From the NCBI RefSeq assembly GCF_006345805.1, contig NC_043009.1, forward strand, positions 3,968,001 through 4,032,000: a DNA stretch of 64,000 nt, read 5' to 3'. The DNA is from Octopus sinensis. Lineage: Eukaryota. The position numbers were made by a program, and so were the translations under genes. The notes beneath the pieces were generated by a model. The model saw nothing but the letters and a program-made list of their open reading frames with translations, made no database searches and was not told the origin of the DNA. Of the stretch, positions 25,135-39,179 are shown piece by piece (the first letter of the stretch is position 1; every line of letters starts with the position of its first letter).

Positions 25135-26540
25135 CCTAGGATGTTATATATTTGGTTTTGCACATAGTGTTGTTCTAGAGAATTTTTAAATGAACGTATG
25201 AAGATTTTTTTAAATTTGAGATTACATACACAGTATCTGACGTAGAATATGGGCAGTTCTCATAAGCACTGTCTTTTGAATTTCTGCCATTTTGGAGTTT
25301 CTTGGTATCTGAGCTAGGTACAATCAGCCCCTTTTGCTATCATTCCTAGGGCACCTATGAAAACGGGTAGTGTATTAGTTTTAAGGTTCCACATTTTGCC
25401 AATTTCTATTTCAAGATCTTTATACTTGCTCAGTTTTTGGTAGGTCTTGACAGATACATGCATATCAATTGGGACAGTCATATCAATGAGGAGGCATGAT
25501 TTTTGTCTGTTGACATACATGACATAGTAGGCTACTACTGGTGTTTAATATGTTGGCCTGGTAGCTCCTTGTAGGTATTGATCTTGGGCTGCTATGATAA
25601 GCCCTTCTGTTTCTGATTTTAAGGTAGAATTCACTTACCTTTGATGGATAAGGGTTGTCTCAATATCGGCGGTATTCGCTCTCTTTGCGTATTTGCCATT
25701 GAGAGTTCTTCTGGCCATTTCTCAGTAAGAATATCTAAGATAGCAATTTTCATACGCGTAGTTTTTTCTGTGCTTGTTCCCAATACGTCTACTTCTGGGA
25801 TTTGTTCTATTTGGAATTCACTTAGATATTCCTTTACCTGTTTTGTTTTGAGTATGATGCTTTTTTGTTTTCATGTTTTAAGACAAGTTTTAACATCCAG
25901 TCATCAGAGTTTTTCAGGTGGGTGTCTAGGCCAATTGTGGCAATCTTCATTGTTAGTGCCAGTTGCAAAAGTTCACAGCCACCCTCTTTTCTTGGCAAGT
26001 AAAGTCGTTCTATATTTGACTTAGGGTGATGCATTCTATGCATTGTCAAAAATATTCGTATTTTTCTGTCAAGACTACATATTTCAGTAATTGATCAGTT
26101 AACGATATTGAAACTGCAAGTCACGACAGGTATGGCTAATGTATTGCTCGCTTCGATCCTGTTTCTTGCATTCAGCTCGGTCTTGAGTATTTCCTTTACC
26201 CTGCAATAACATTCTCTTCTGGTCCTTTCCCTCATCACTGAATATTTGATTCCGTCCCCTTCAAATACCCCTAGGTATTTGTAGCTCTCCACTGGTTCTA
26301 ATTCCTTTATGACATTCTGCTGTTCAAGAATAACATTGGATGTTTCTGTCATTTTTCCTTTGATAACGGTAGCTCTTGCTTATTTATCCAGGCCAAATTG
26401 CATCATGATGTCATCACTGAATTACTTAACAATCGCTATTAAACCCTGTAGTTGTTGGTCATTTTTGCAAAGAGCTTTAAATCATCCATGTAAATTAGAT
26501 GCTTTATATATTTATCAAGCATTTTATAACCGTATTGCAC
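25135..26540 (-). pseudogene. R4/Dong-clade non-LTR retrotransposon remnant (RT C-terminal half plus restriction-like endonuclease)
   Basis: YMDD at 26481-26492 in HLIYMDDLKLFAKND. Also YKYLG, ELNARNRIEASNTLAIPVV, MHHPKSNIERLYLPRKEGG, LLIDMTVP...QKLSKYKDLEIEIGKMW...LPVFIGALG and the terminal QKTVLMRTAHILRQIL*. Multiple stops and frameshifts. Confidence 0.85.
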
Positions 26541-27425
26541 ATCATTGAGTAATTTCGAGAAGATTTGAACCGGTAGCGATTTCGGGAGGTTTTGAACCAG
26601 TATCTGAAATTTCTTACCGAATCTGGTTCATCATTCGACTATGCGGTTCTTGGTGTTCTGGGAGATGACCGACTCGGTTTGTATTTTACTTCGTTTTCAT
26701 TGAGGCAAGACGAGCTTGGACATTAACATAAGGGGACATATCTGTCTGTTTCGGGTTAATTTTTTGAGACAACACCGTCTCCGACTTCTCTGCATGTAAA
26801 CATTGCTCGTAACGTAGATTCTTAAGTCTAACAGATTTGTACTCGTCTGTATTTTCTTGTTGATAGATTTATCTCCGGGCTTTGTTTTTTGTGGTGTTTT
26901 TAAACTTATGAATTGTTCACTCTGTGTTAGAAAAATAAAAAAATTGTTTTGTTTTGTTTTTTTGTTTTTGCTTCGTTTGTGACACGTGTTTTCATATGCG
27001 TGTATGTGTGTCCTGTAAATTTTACGTAGTTGTATAACCATTAGGATGTATGTGTAGTCCTATGGGTATTAAAATGTACATATGATTGTCTAGGCATTCG
27101 GGTGTATGCATAATTACTCAATTTATGTATTTACTATTTTGTTCCATTTATATTTTATAATTTGTGAACTCTCCGGTGTTGATTTCGTGTGTGTGTTTCG
27201 CACATGTTTCACTGAGACATCGTGCATGGGAGAAACTGTGATTTGTATTGCAGTAAAATTTTGTTTTTGTTATTATTTTCGTTAAAAGGCCTTTTCCTGC
27301 AAGTCTGCAAGTCTTCCACAGGTTCCTTTATCCCATACCACCGAAGTTCTTAGATTAGATTTGTTTTTAAATGGAGAGCCCGGTGTAGCACGTTCATGTT
27401 GTTATTTATCGCGGAGCTGAATCTA
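26541..27425 (-). mobile_element. Possible 5' part of the same R4/Dong element (internally deleted)
   Basis: Non-repetitive sequence running from the RT remnant to the (AAT)n tract. No diagnostic motif was confidently recognised. Confidence 0.3.
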
Positions 27426-27428
27426 TTG

Positions 27429-27477
<49 letters not shown>

Positions 27478-27478
27478 T

Positions 27479-27522
<44 letters not shown>

Positions 27523-27586
27523 GTTGTTGTTGTTGTTGTTATTATTGTTGCTGTTGTTGTTGTTGTTATTATTATTATTATTATTC
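27425..27586. repeat. (ATT)n/(GTT)n microsatellite
   Basis: Seen directly. Confidence 0.95.
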
Positions 27587-27589
27587 CTT

Positions 27590-27830
27590 CGTAACACAGT
27601 GTAAGTAAAAATGCACCGGAGTCTTTAGTCATCTGTCAAGTCACAACAATGACCTCAGACAGATCATACTTTCCTTAAGTTGTGCGCTATGCCCAATAAA
27701 GATCCTTTTTGCATGGGATTTTCAGTTGCCTTAGTAAGTCTTGAAGACCAAAGCTCCGATCAGCACTGGTATCACTTTTACATTACACTCTCGTATTCCA
27801 TACAGTGTTGCCATTTTTACTTTCAACTCG
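27590..27830 (-). pseudogene. Second R4/Dong-like 3' end
   Basis: Minus strand gives VIPVLIGAL...QKGSLLGIAHNLRKV, matching the C-terminus of the element at 25135-26540. Its 3' end abuts (AAT)n. Confidence 0.6.
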
Positions 27831-27885
27831 GAGTATTTGGGGATTTTTCACCCTCTTTACTCACAACATTCATGTCATTTGGTAG

Positions 27886-28096
27886 GGGGCGAGTTGGCAG
27901 AATCGTTAGTACGCTGGACGAAATGTTTAGCAGTATTGCGCCCGTCGCTACGTCCTAATTTCAAATTCAGTCGAGATCGTCTTTGCCTTTAATCCTTTTG
28001 GAGTCGATAAATTAAGTATCAATGAAACGCTAGTGTCGATGTAATCGACTTAACCCCTTCCTTCAAATGTTAAGCCTCGTATCTACATCAGAAAGG

Positions 28097-28097
<1 letters not shown>
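27886..28097 (+). mobile_element. SINE family 3, variant b, ending in (ATT)n
   Basis: Head GGCGAGTTGGCAGAATCGTTAG, core GGAGTCGATAAATTAAGTA, tail different from variant a. Confidence 0.8.
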
Positions 28098-28134
<37 letters not shown>

Positions 28135-28195
28135 CATCATCATCATCATCATCATTATTATTAATTATTATTGTTGCTGCTGTTAGTGTTATCAT

Positions 28196-29157
<962 letters not shown>

Positions 29158-29337
29158 TCTTTACATAATCTCTCAACATATTTTCATGTCATCATACCAA
29201 CACTAATAAATAGTCCACAGGGAATTATAGCGAACCATAGCCAAACCGACATTCTTAAGCATTTTCTTTCTCTCTCCTCGTTCACGCTCACTATTTCGCA
29301 ACCACATCCCTCTCTTTTTTCTCTTTCTCTATCTCTC

Positions 29338-29382
<45 letters not shown>

Positions 29383-29929
29383 TCTCGTCTTGTTTGCTTT
29401 TCTTTACACGTTGTCTATACGGATTTCAAGTTGAGTAAGCTAAATTGCCTAACTACATGAAATCAAAGACACTCGAGGTGCCTTAGAGAGTATTTGACTT
29501 CATTGAGTTTTTCAGAAAAAAGTTTCAATGACTCATATAGTGTTCCTGTGCCTGAAAATAATTCTATATATATACATGTATATATATATGTATATATATA
29601 TATACATATATATATACATATATATTTACATATATATATATATACATATACATATGTGTGTGTGTGTATGGTCATATGCAAGTATATATGAGTGCTTATG
29701 CACATGTATATATATATGTATGTATATATATGTTCATATAAATGCATACACAGACACATATATCTATGAACATTTCCATAGTTGGGTATATTACTCAGAA
29801 ACATACATGTGATAAATAATATATGCAGGCATCTATTTCTACAAGCATGTGTTTGTATATGTATGGGCATTTGTATGTATATATGTATTGTGTGAGTGTG
29901 TGCCTGTTAGTGTGTGTGTGTTTGTGTCT

Positions 29930-30230
29930 TGATAAGGTGGACCCAAAATTTCCTTATCTGGAGATTACAAACTGTACCGAACTTTCAACTTCCGGGAGCT
30001 TAACTCTTACATTTTTGCCTATCACCATCTTTAGCTTCGCCATATTTGTTTCGATTCGAAAGTGGCAACTACGGAATTGTATCTAAAACACAAGTGGTTC
30101 AGAATAAGACACTGGGATCATACGGTATTCATGCCTTTCCTTATCAATAACCACAATGAAACTGTGAATCTGAGATGAATTAGTTTCAACTGAGGATAAA
30201 AAGACAGATCTGAAGATCGTCCGATATGGA
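29930..30230 (+). pseudogene. Possible decayed CR1/L2-like RT fragment
   Basis: LIRWTQNFLIWRLQTV matches the L.WI..FL..R.Q.V motif. The downstream match to LG...F...IN is weak. Confidence 0.3.
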
Positions 30231-30589
30231 CAATGCTTGTCGATATTAACGAACCATGAATATTTAGCATACATGTATTACACTATTGTGCTAAAATATG
30301 TGTCTCTTGCTGCATGTATTAAAGTGCAGTTATTTATGCTATAGCTGCATATGCACATTCTGCTGCTATCAGCACTGCTAATGCTGCTGCAAGTAGCCAT
30401 GCTCTGGCTATTACTACTACTGCTTCTCTACACTGACTGCTGCAGCAAAATTTGCAATTGTGAAGATGGCTCTCAGCTGCAGCGTTAGCAGCAGTAGGCG
30501 CTGCTTGCGATGTTAGATGTTGCTTTTGCATTTGTGTGTGTATGTGTGTTTGTTGCGTGTGCAGCCATACCCGGAACACACACGCATAT

Positions 30590-30665
30590 ATAGATAGATG
30601 GATAGATGGAAGGATAGACAGATAGATAGATGAATGGATGGATGGATAGGTAGATAGATAGATAT

Positions 30666-30730
<65 letters not shown>

Positions 30731-30731
30731 C

Positions 30732-30779
<48 letters not shown>

Positions 30780-30822
30780 GGATAGATAGCTGGATGGATG
30801 GATGGATTGATGGATAGGTAGG

Positions 30823-30913
<91 letters not shown>

Positions 30914-31145
30914 ATTGATCGATCGATAGATAGATTAGTAAATAGATATAGATTGGTAGATTGATATAGCTAAATAAATATAGATATATTTCCTTCTTAA
31001 CCACAGAGGGCTGAACACAGAGGGGACAAATTACAAAGTAGAGCTTTACTTTTAGGGGAGAAAAAAAAAGATGGGAGTAGGTTTTCGAGGCAGATAGATG
31101 GAAAGATAGATGCACAGACAGACAGACAGATAGATAGATAGATAG

Positions 31146-31223
<78 letters not shown>

Positions 31224-31380
31224 GCAGATAGATAAACGGACAGACAGACAGACAGATAGACAAACGGACAGACAGATAAACGGACAGACAGACAGACAGA
31301 TAGACAGACAGATAGAGTTACCGAGAAAGAGACACAAAGAGAAGGAGACAGACAGACAGACAGACAGACAGACAGGTAGA
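30590..31380. repeat. (GATA)n/(GACA)n array interrupted by a LINE remnant
   Basis: Seen directly. Confidence 0.95.
30986..31090 (-). mobile_element. Roughly 100-bp 3'-end remnant of the Tx1-like LINE family
   Basis: ATTTCCTTCTTAACCACAGAGGGCTGAACACAGAGGGGACAAATTACAAAGTAGAGCTTT aligns with GTTTCTTTATTAGCCACACAGGGCTGCACACAGATAGAACAAATTACAAGGTAGAGCTTT at 52559 and 56451. Confidence 0.8.
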
Positions 31381-31445
31381 CATACACAGATGTTTATTTG
31401 TAAGTGCTTTCGTGTGCATGCGTGAGTAGGGATGCATGTATATGC

Positions 31446-31521
<76 letters not shown>

Positions 31522-31925
31522 TATTTGTAAGATGAATACAAAATGCTTCAAATATAAACACGCATCAGTCCCGATGCTGTGCATAGGTGTGCATCTTTAT
31601 GCATCTGAAAATGTGTGACAAGGTAAGTGCATGAAATGAGAAGAGCCAGATATTAAGATAACGGGATTGCAATTGTAGGTTAGCAGGTTCGATTTTTCCT
31701 TGCACAAAGCAATTACCTCTACGCTACACTAAGTTATTTCACTCAAAACGAAGGCAGCCTCCCCATCATTTCTTCCAGGTTCGACATCCTCAATAAGGCA
31801 TAAGTCAATCGGGAAAAGAAAGAAAAGATATCTATATCCGTCGAAGATTATATCGGCACGTAAAACAATTAGTGAAGACATGGTACGTTACAGCAGGTCA
31901 TATTCACTTGCGAGTGAAGGCTATA

Positions 31926-32566
31926 CACTAATCCCTCGCCATATCGCGGTTCACCTATCGCGGTTTAGTATTTAAGCTTACATCGATTCCTCCAATGTGT
32001 TGTTTTGCATTTATGATAAAATAAATATATACAAATTATAAAAATAATAATTTTAAAAAACAGGAGTGGCTGTGAGGTAAGTAGCTTGCTAACCAACCAC
32101 ATGGTTCCGGGTTCAGTCCCACTGAGTGGCACCTTGGGCAAGTGTTTCTACTATGGCCTCGGGCCGACCAAAGCCTTGTGAGTGGATTTGGTAGACGGAA
32201 ACTGCAAGAAGCCCGTCGTATATGTGTACATATATGTATGTGTGTACATGTTTGTGTGTCTGTGTTTGTCCCACCTCCCAACATAGCTTGACAACCGATG
32301 CTGGTGTGTTTAAGTCCCCATAAGTTAGCGGTTCGGCAAAAGAGCCCGATAGAATAAGTACAAGGCTTACAAAGAATAAGTCATGGGGTCGATTTGCACG
32401 ACTAAAGGCGGTGCTCCAGCATGGCCACAGTCAAATGACTGAAAAAGGTAAAAGAGTAAAAGGAGAGAGTAAGAGTATACAGTAAAGCACTGTTTCTAAT
32501 TCGCGGATTTTCACGTATCGCGGTGAGTTTGGAAACGTAACACCCGCGATAGTCGAGGGATTACTG
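31926..32566. mobile_element. Tigger/pogo-like MITE with a nested SINE
   Basis: TA-CACTAATCCCTCG at the left and CGAGGGATTACTG-TA at the right, with internal ATCGCGG repeats typical of such MITEs. Confidence 0.75.
32061..32465 (+). mobile_element. SINE family 1 nested inside the MITE
   Basis: Matches the reference copy from CAGGAGTGGCTGTG to the tail. Confidence 0.9.
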
Positions 32567-32668
32567 TACATTTCTAACCGTAAGTTATGATGGGGGGGGG
32601 GCAGGGGTAATGATTTGTGCATAAAATGTGAGCATATAAATATAATTAAGTGTATATTTACTTCCGAA

Positions 32669-32766
32669 CTACATGGTTCCGGGTTCAGAATCATGGACAA
32701 GTGACTTCGACGAAAGCCTCGAGCCGACCACAGTTGAGTGGTTTTGTTAGACGGAAAATGAAAGAA

Positions 32767-32797
<31 letters not shown>

Positions 32798-33105
32798 CAC
32801 ACACACACTCACACACATATACACACACGCACACACACACAATCAGCCACACATACACATATATATGTGTGTGTGTGTGTGTGTGTGTTTGTGTCTGCGT
32901 CTGTGTATGTGTCTGCCCTCCACCACCGACGTCGGTGCGTTTACGTCCCCATAACTATGGATAAGAGAACACATCGGTAAAAGGAAACGATAGAATAACT
33001 TCCAGGCAATACACAGATAAAAGTCTTCTGATGGGGAACCGTTCGACTGGAATTCAGCCAGGTGGTGCCCCAGCATCGCCACAATCTAATGGCTGAAACA
33101 AATAA
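32669..33105 (+). mobile_element. SINE family 1, degenerate
   Basis: ACATGGTTCCGGGTTCAG, internal (CA)n(TG)n, tail GGTGCCCCAGCATCGCCACAATCTAATGGCTGAAAC. Confidence 0.7.
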
Positions 33106-33269
33106 TATATATATATACATATTAATATTTAGTAACAGGTCCACACCAACTTACGAAACTCTCGGACCTTGAGTCGCTATGCTACTTCTACTAAATATCA
33201 ATAAAATATATACATATACTCATAATTTGGATTCTATTTTTCCTGTTAGCATTATCATGCCTGTTTGTA

Positions 33270-33310
<41 letters not shown>

Positions 33311-33313
<3 letters not shown>

Positions 33314-33669
33314 GAGGCACAATGGCTCAGTGGTTAAGGTAGCGGACTCACGCTCGTATGATTGCGGTTTCGATTCCTCAGACCGGGCGTTGTGAGTATT
33401 TATTGAGTGAAAACACCTAAAGCTCCATGAGGCTCCGGCAGGGGGTTGGTAGCGAACCCTGCTATATTCTTTCACCACAACTTTCTCTCACTTTTAGTTC
33501 CTGTTTGTTGTCAAAGAGCCAGCCTTGTCGCACTCGGTGCCACGTTGAATCTCCCCGAGAACTACGTTAATGGTACACGTGTCTGTGGAATGCTCAGCCA
33601 CTTGTACGTTAATTTCACGAGCAGGTTGTTTAACTGGAACCCTCGTCGTCGAACCCGACGGAGTGCCAC
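33311..33669 (+). mobile_element. SINE family 2, full length (tRNA-like head)
   Basis: A box TGGCTCAGTGG (33323) and B box GTTTCGATTCC (33367). The body is shared with 11375, 36133, 40870 and 44120. Confidence 0.85.
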
Positions 33670-34078
33670 TATATATATATATATATAATTTATCTTTCTA
33701 GGTGTATGTATGTACATGTGTGCGTGTGTATAAAATTATTATTATTACTATTATTATATACAAATATATATATATACACTTATATGCATACGTATGTATG
33801 AGGATGTGTGTATGTGTGCGTGGGAAAATGGACTGCGCCCAAGTGGATAATATCTACGCATGTACTCGCAAAATTGTTCCAAATATACGAAGACGGAAAT
33901 AGCACTTTCTCATTTAAATTAATTATTTCTCATTATCTATACGACTGTAAGCAATATATATATATACGTATTAATATGTGTGTGTGTGTTTACGCGCAGA
34001 CATACATAAATGTACGAATATACATATAAATTTTATATGTATACACACATAACGTATATGCATCTATATGTTTGTGTG

Positions 34079-34112
<34 letters not shown>

Positions 34113-34659
34113 TAGATAGATACACAAACACACAGATATATATATACATACATATATATATATATAGATATGTGCGTGTGTGTGTGTGCGAGCATGTATA
34201 TATGTATATATGTATTATTTATCATACCATAGATAACGACAAATAATTAATTAATTATATATGTTACTTATCATAGCGTTGGTAATTTCAAATAATAATT
34301 TTTTCATAAGGAATTGCTATTTCCGGTACTTTTATATTTGCGATTATTTTTGAAGATCAACAGTAGTTAGATGTCAACCGCATAGGTGCGGCTCCAACGA
34401 GGCATGTTTTCACGGTTATATAGTTTATGGCGTCCAGTATCGCTTGCGAATGATTTGGTGTTGTAGATTTAGCAATTAGCGCTCAGGGAAAATTAGATGA
34501 AGGATTATGTGTCATATGGATTAATTAAGCGTATGTAAGGAAGTATTTTTAGCTTAGTCGTGTAGAACAATTAAGAATTTTGATATTATAGTTGAACACC
34601 GAACGAACACTATGACATATTTTTCCTCCTGAACAGCCAGTACTACATACTTACCTACT

Positions 34660-34704
<45 letters not shown>

Positions 34705-35270
34705 ATATTACGTCCCCATAACTTAGTGGTTCGGCACAAGAGAACGATAGAATAAGTACTGGACTTAAAAGTTAAGTCCTGGAGTCAATTTGTTCGATTA
34801 AAATCTTTCAAGGCAGTGCTCCAGCGTGGCCGAAGTCAAATGATTGGAACAAGTAAAAGTGTAAAAGTGTAGGCGCAGGCGTAGTTGTGTGGTAAGAAGC
34901 TTGCTTCCTGACAACAAGATTACGGGTTCAGTCCCACTGCGTGTCACCTTGGGCAAGTGTCTTCTACTATAGCCTCGGGGCGACCAATGCCTTGTGAGTG
35001 GATTTGGTAGACGGAAACTGAAAGAAGCACTTGTCCCCCCACCATCATTTGACAACCAATGTTGGTGTGTTTACATCCCCGAAACATAGCGGTTCGGCAA
35101 GAAGACACACACACTTATTCTAAGTACTAGTACTTATTCTAGTACCTATAAGTACTTAGAATACATACTAGGATTACAAAGAATAAGTCCTGGGGACGAT
35201 TTGTTCGACTAAAGGCAGTGCTCCAGCATGGTCGTAGTCAAATGATTGAAACAAATAAACGTAAAAGAAT
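34705..35270 (+). mobile_element. SINE family 1: a 3' half (34705-34865) followed by a full copy lacking the internal microsatellite (34869-35270)
   Basis: Matches the reference copy. Confidence 0.85.
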
Positions 35271-36132
35271 ATATATACATATAAAAATCATCTTTTATCT
35301 TTTACTTGTTTGAGTCATTTGACTACGGCCATGCTGGGGCACATAGTCTCTTTCCGGTTGCTGCAGCATCTTTTCTGCGTTTTACTGCATATAACAATAC
35401 GTTTGTAGGTACAGTATGATCCTCATCATTTCCAGTCCTATTCTGGTGGTGGACGCCCCCCCCCCATCATCCCTATTCAGACAGACACACACACACATGC
35501 ATCCCACTGTTTGATTCCAATATCTCAAAGGCTTTCCATCTATTATAAATAAAGAAATAAGCAAAGCAACATTTTTTTTGTGTTCCTTTTTAATCCTATC
35601 TTGCCAGGACCTGGTACACAGAGAGATATCCTGTGATTGGTCTAATGCTCTGTGGGAGACCCTTTTCAGGAATTCTTGGTTTCATGCAGTGGCTGTAAAA
35701 AATCTTGTTGAACCAAGTTCAACAACTATTTTTCGTTAACATACGCACCATTCTTGAGAAAGCCATGACTGTCACAACTTCTTGTTCCTCTTCTTTCATA
35801 TCTTTATGATAAATCCGCATTTATCTTATAGCGTATTCTGACAGACGGAATTCGGCCAAAACATCCAGTTATGGAGTAGTCTCTACTAATGACGTTTAAT
35901 CTTGAGCGAAACTAGACTAGTATGGTGATCTCGCTCGCTGTGGGGCGGTAATCTCCCTTGTCACTGCATGGACATGTACTTTTTTGCGACTCTAAGGGTA
36001 TTCAACTCTTATTTCTGGCAATACAGAGGCAACCACGCACAGCCAGTCACAATTAGTAACAACAGAATTTTTGCTTTCTGGTTATATATTGTATATAGCC
36101 GCCTTTGTAATTTTACAGATATATATATATTC

Positions 36133-36345
36133 GTGGCACTCCGTCGGTTACGACGACGAGGGTTCCAGTTGACCCGATCAATGGAACAGCCTGCTCGTGA
36201 AATTAACGTGTAAGTGGGTGAGCACTCCACGGAAACGTGGATGCTTTCGCTCAATAAACACTCACAACACCCGGTCTGGGAATTGAAACCGCGATCCTAG
36301 GACCGCGTGTTCGCTGCCCTAACTACTGTACCATTGCGCCTCCAC
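36133..36345 (-). mobile_element. SINE family 2, internally deleted
   Basis: Head at about 36260-36345 joined directly to the tail (GTGGCACTCCGTCGGTTACGACGACGAGGG). Confidence 0.8.
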
Positions 36346-36349
36346 ACAC

Positions 36350-36351
36350 AA

Positions 36352-36383
<32 letters not shown>

Positions 36384-36431
36384 GTGTGTGTGTATGTATG
36401 TGTATCTTTATGTATGTATATGTATACATAC

Positions 36432-36463
<32 letters not shown>

Positions 36464-36497
36464 GCATATATATTATATATATATGTATATACATATA

Positions 36498-36544
<47 letters not shown>

Positions 36545-36545
36545 C

Positions 36546-36576
<31 letters not shown>

Positions 36577-36623
36577 TGTATATACATATATATATATGGA
36601 TATATATATATATATATATGTAT

Positions 36624-36668
<45 letters not shown>

Positions 36669-36680
36669 ATATATATATAA
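36350..36680. repeat. (CA)n/(TA)n array
   Basis: Seen directly. Confidence 0.95.
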
Positions 36681-36960
36681 CCCCAAATTTTATTTAATTT
36701 GCTTTGCGGGAAGGACTGTTTCAACGAAGTCGCGTATTGACCTTGCCTTCGTAACGCGGAATAGACGGAACAGGGACAACTGATGAAGGGTAATATTCTT
36801 TATGATGCATGTCTCGTTTCACTGTTTGTTTTTTTCGTTGTTCGAAAAACGTTCGTTTCTAAGTTATTGTTTTTATGTTTTCGTTTCTCATTGCGTTCAA
36901 CGTTTTTTTATGTCCTGTACCCATATATGCATGTATATATACATATACTTATATATTATT

Positions 36961-36991
<31 letters not shown>

Positions 36992-37235
36992 CATACAAAA
37001 ATAGAAAGAGAGAGAAGGGAGGGAGGGAGGGTGGGAGAGAGAGATAAATATATTATGTTTGAGTGGTCCCATATATATAATATATATATAAGCACACATA
37101 CATATACGCGCGTGCATGTGTGTGTGTGTGTGTGTGCGTGCGTGTGTGTGTGTCATGTACAGTTCGTATAGTCTTTAGAGAGTAAAATCATAAGCTTTTC
37201 ACTTTTTATTCCCCATACTGTCCATTAAACTTGTA

Positions 37236-37400
37236 TTCTGAGCTCAGATCCTGCCGAGGTCAACTTTACCTTTCATATTTCTAGAGTTTGGCAATAAAAT
37301 TCCTTTCTGGAACGTTCGTCTGGTGGAAACGTTCTCCGTTGAACGAAAGTATTTGCAACATTTGTCCAGCTATTTGCGATCTAAGTTCAAACCCGAACAT
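37236..37400 (+). mobile_element. SINE family 3 fragments, degenerate
   Basis: TTCTGAGCTCAGATCCTGCCGAGGTCAAC and TCTAAGTTCAAACCCG. Confidence 0.5.
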
Positions 37401-38635
37401 ATCTATCTGAGTTTTATACATAATCTGTCTCCCAATTAATCTCCTCCACGTGACCTTGCTTGAATTTAATGGAATTCCCCTTTGTTGCACGCTTTTGGGT
37501 CTTTGGGTTGGGGGAGCATCCCCCATTCTTCCTTCCATTAGTCTCGAACGCCCTGTAGGAGGGCATGAACATTGCTTTTAATTCTGCACAGAATATTTTT
37601 TAAAAAAACAGATTTTCTCACTTAATAAAAGATTATGTGGATTATGAGTCGTCAGTATATATAATAAATTATTTGAGTAGGAGAACAGGCGGGGTTCTAG
37701 CGTCACACATAAGGTACTAATACCGAATTAGGGTGAAATTGTACTGGTTTCGTTATTAGACACGCATGCTCTGTAAGTAGCATTAATAAATGTAAGAGAT
37801 CACTAACTTTTGCTTCATATTTTATTACACCCGCATAAATATACATACATGCGTATATATATATATATATACATATGTGTGTGTGTAAATACATACACAT
37901 AGACATACACACATACATGCACACACACGCATACACACACATACATACATATATATATGTTACATACATATACACCCACACACATATACATAGACACACA
38001 CACGTATATGCAAGGATGATGATGATGATGACAATGACGACTACGACGACGATAATGATAATTATTATGATGATGATGAGGAGGAGGAGGAGGAGGATGG
38101 TGGTGGTAGTGGTGGTGGTGGTGATGACGACAACGATGATGATGGTGACGATGATGATGATGATGAAAGCTCGTCCGTCATATCTGATGATGAGTGAGCG
38201 AGATACCTGACTAGCGCAATGTTTTGGGAGTATTTTTTTTGTGTATTTTGTTTTATAGGGAGAAAAAAGCTGCGTGCATATTAAACTACCTCGTCCTTAA
38301 ACACTCTACCCATTGGCAAGATAAAACATAAGGAAAAATAGCTTTAATATGAACGTAGGAGATTGCCAAACTGTGTAGTACTTAGCAGCTAACTCGTTGT
38401 ATGATCCAGGTCGTAAAACATCATATTAAATATTTACTTGGTGATAGCTTCCAGCTCAGCAGCCTCGCATTGTGGTGTGTTGTATCCTATTTCAGTTGTA
38501 TTAATATATTTGTGCATATAAATATAACGATACGCGCTCGAAACAAACAGCCCAAAACACATACACACATATACCATGTGTCTGTATACATACATACATA
38601 CATACATACATACATACATACATACATACATACAA

Positions 38636-38976
38636 GAGTAGACCCCCTTCGGTCATGAATGACCATGGGATTGCACCTAGAAAGTTACCCTCCCACGTAC
38701 AAGTCCGGGCAAGGTTGTTAATAGAAGGCCAGCAGTCGCCCATGCATACCGGCCTCCCCGTCCCATGCTACCAGTGTTATCCAAGGGAAAGGCAAAGGGG
38801 CCGATAGGGCTTGGCACCTGTGACGTTGCAACTCATATCTACAGCTGAGTGAACTGGAACAACGTGAAATAAAGTGTCTTGCTCAAGAACACAACACGCA
38901 GCCCGGTCAGGGAAGCGGACTCACAACCTCACGATCGTATGCTCGACGCTCTAACCACTGAGACATGCGCCTTCAC
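38636..38976 (-). mobile_element. SINE family 4 (tRNA-like head, V/CORE-like TTGAGCAAGACACTT segment)
   Basis: Minus strand reads GTGAAGGCGCATGTCTCAGTGGTTAGAGCG...TTCTTGAGCAAGACACTTTATTTCACG. The 3' end abuts (TATG)n. Single copy in the window. Confidence 0.7.
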
Positions 38977-39179
38977 ACACACATACATACATACACACAT
39001 GCATACATGCAGTTGTATTATGGAATTTAAAGTCGTTAGACATTGAATGTGCCGAAACTATGATGAATATATTTTCCATGGCTGAAGAGTAGATTTCAAT
39101 ATATATTTTACTTTTTTGTTTATGTTTTCCGTCAACTGTTTCCATGTACCATTTCGACTTTATATCTTACAATCTTTAT

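Noticed and set aside
35600-35800. Possible exon (plus strand) or LINE RT fragment (minus strand PRIPEKG...IRPIT)
   Set aside because: The plus frames close quickly without a clear donor, and the RT resemblance is too short to support.
36775-36830. CTGATGA hammerhead-like motif (and CTGAAGA on the minus strand near 13775)
   Set aside because: No stem II followed by GAAA could be found.
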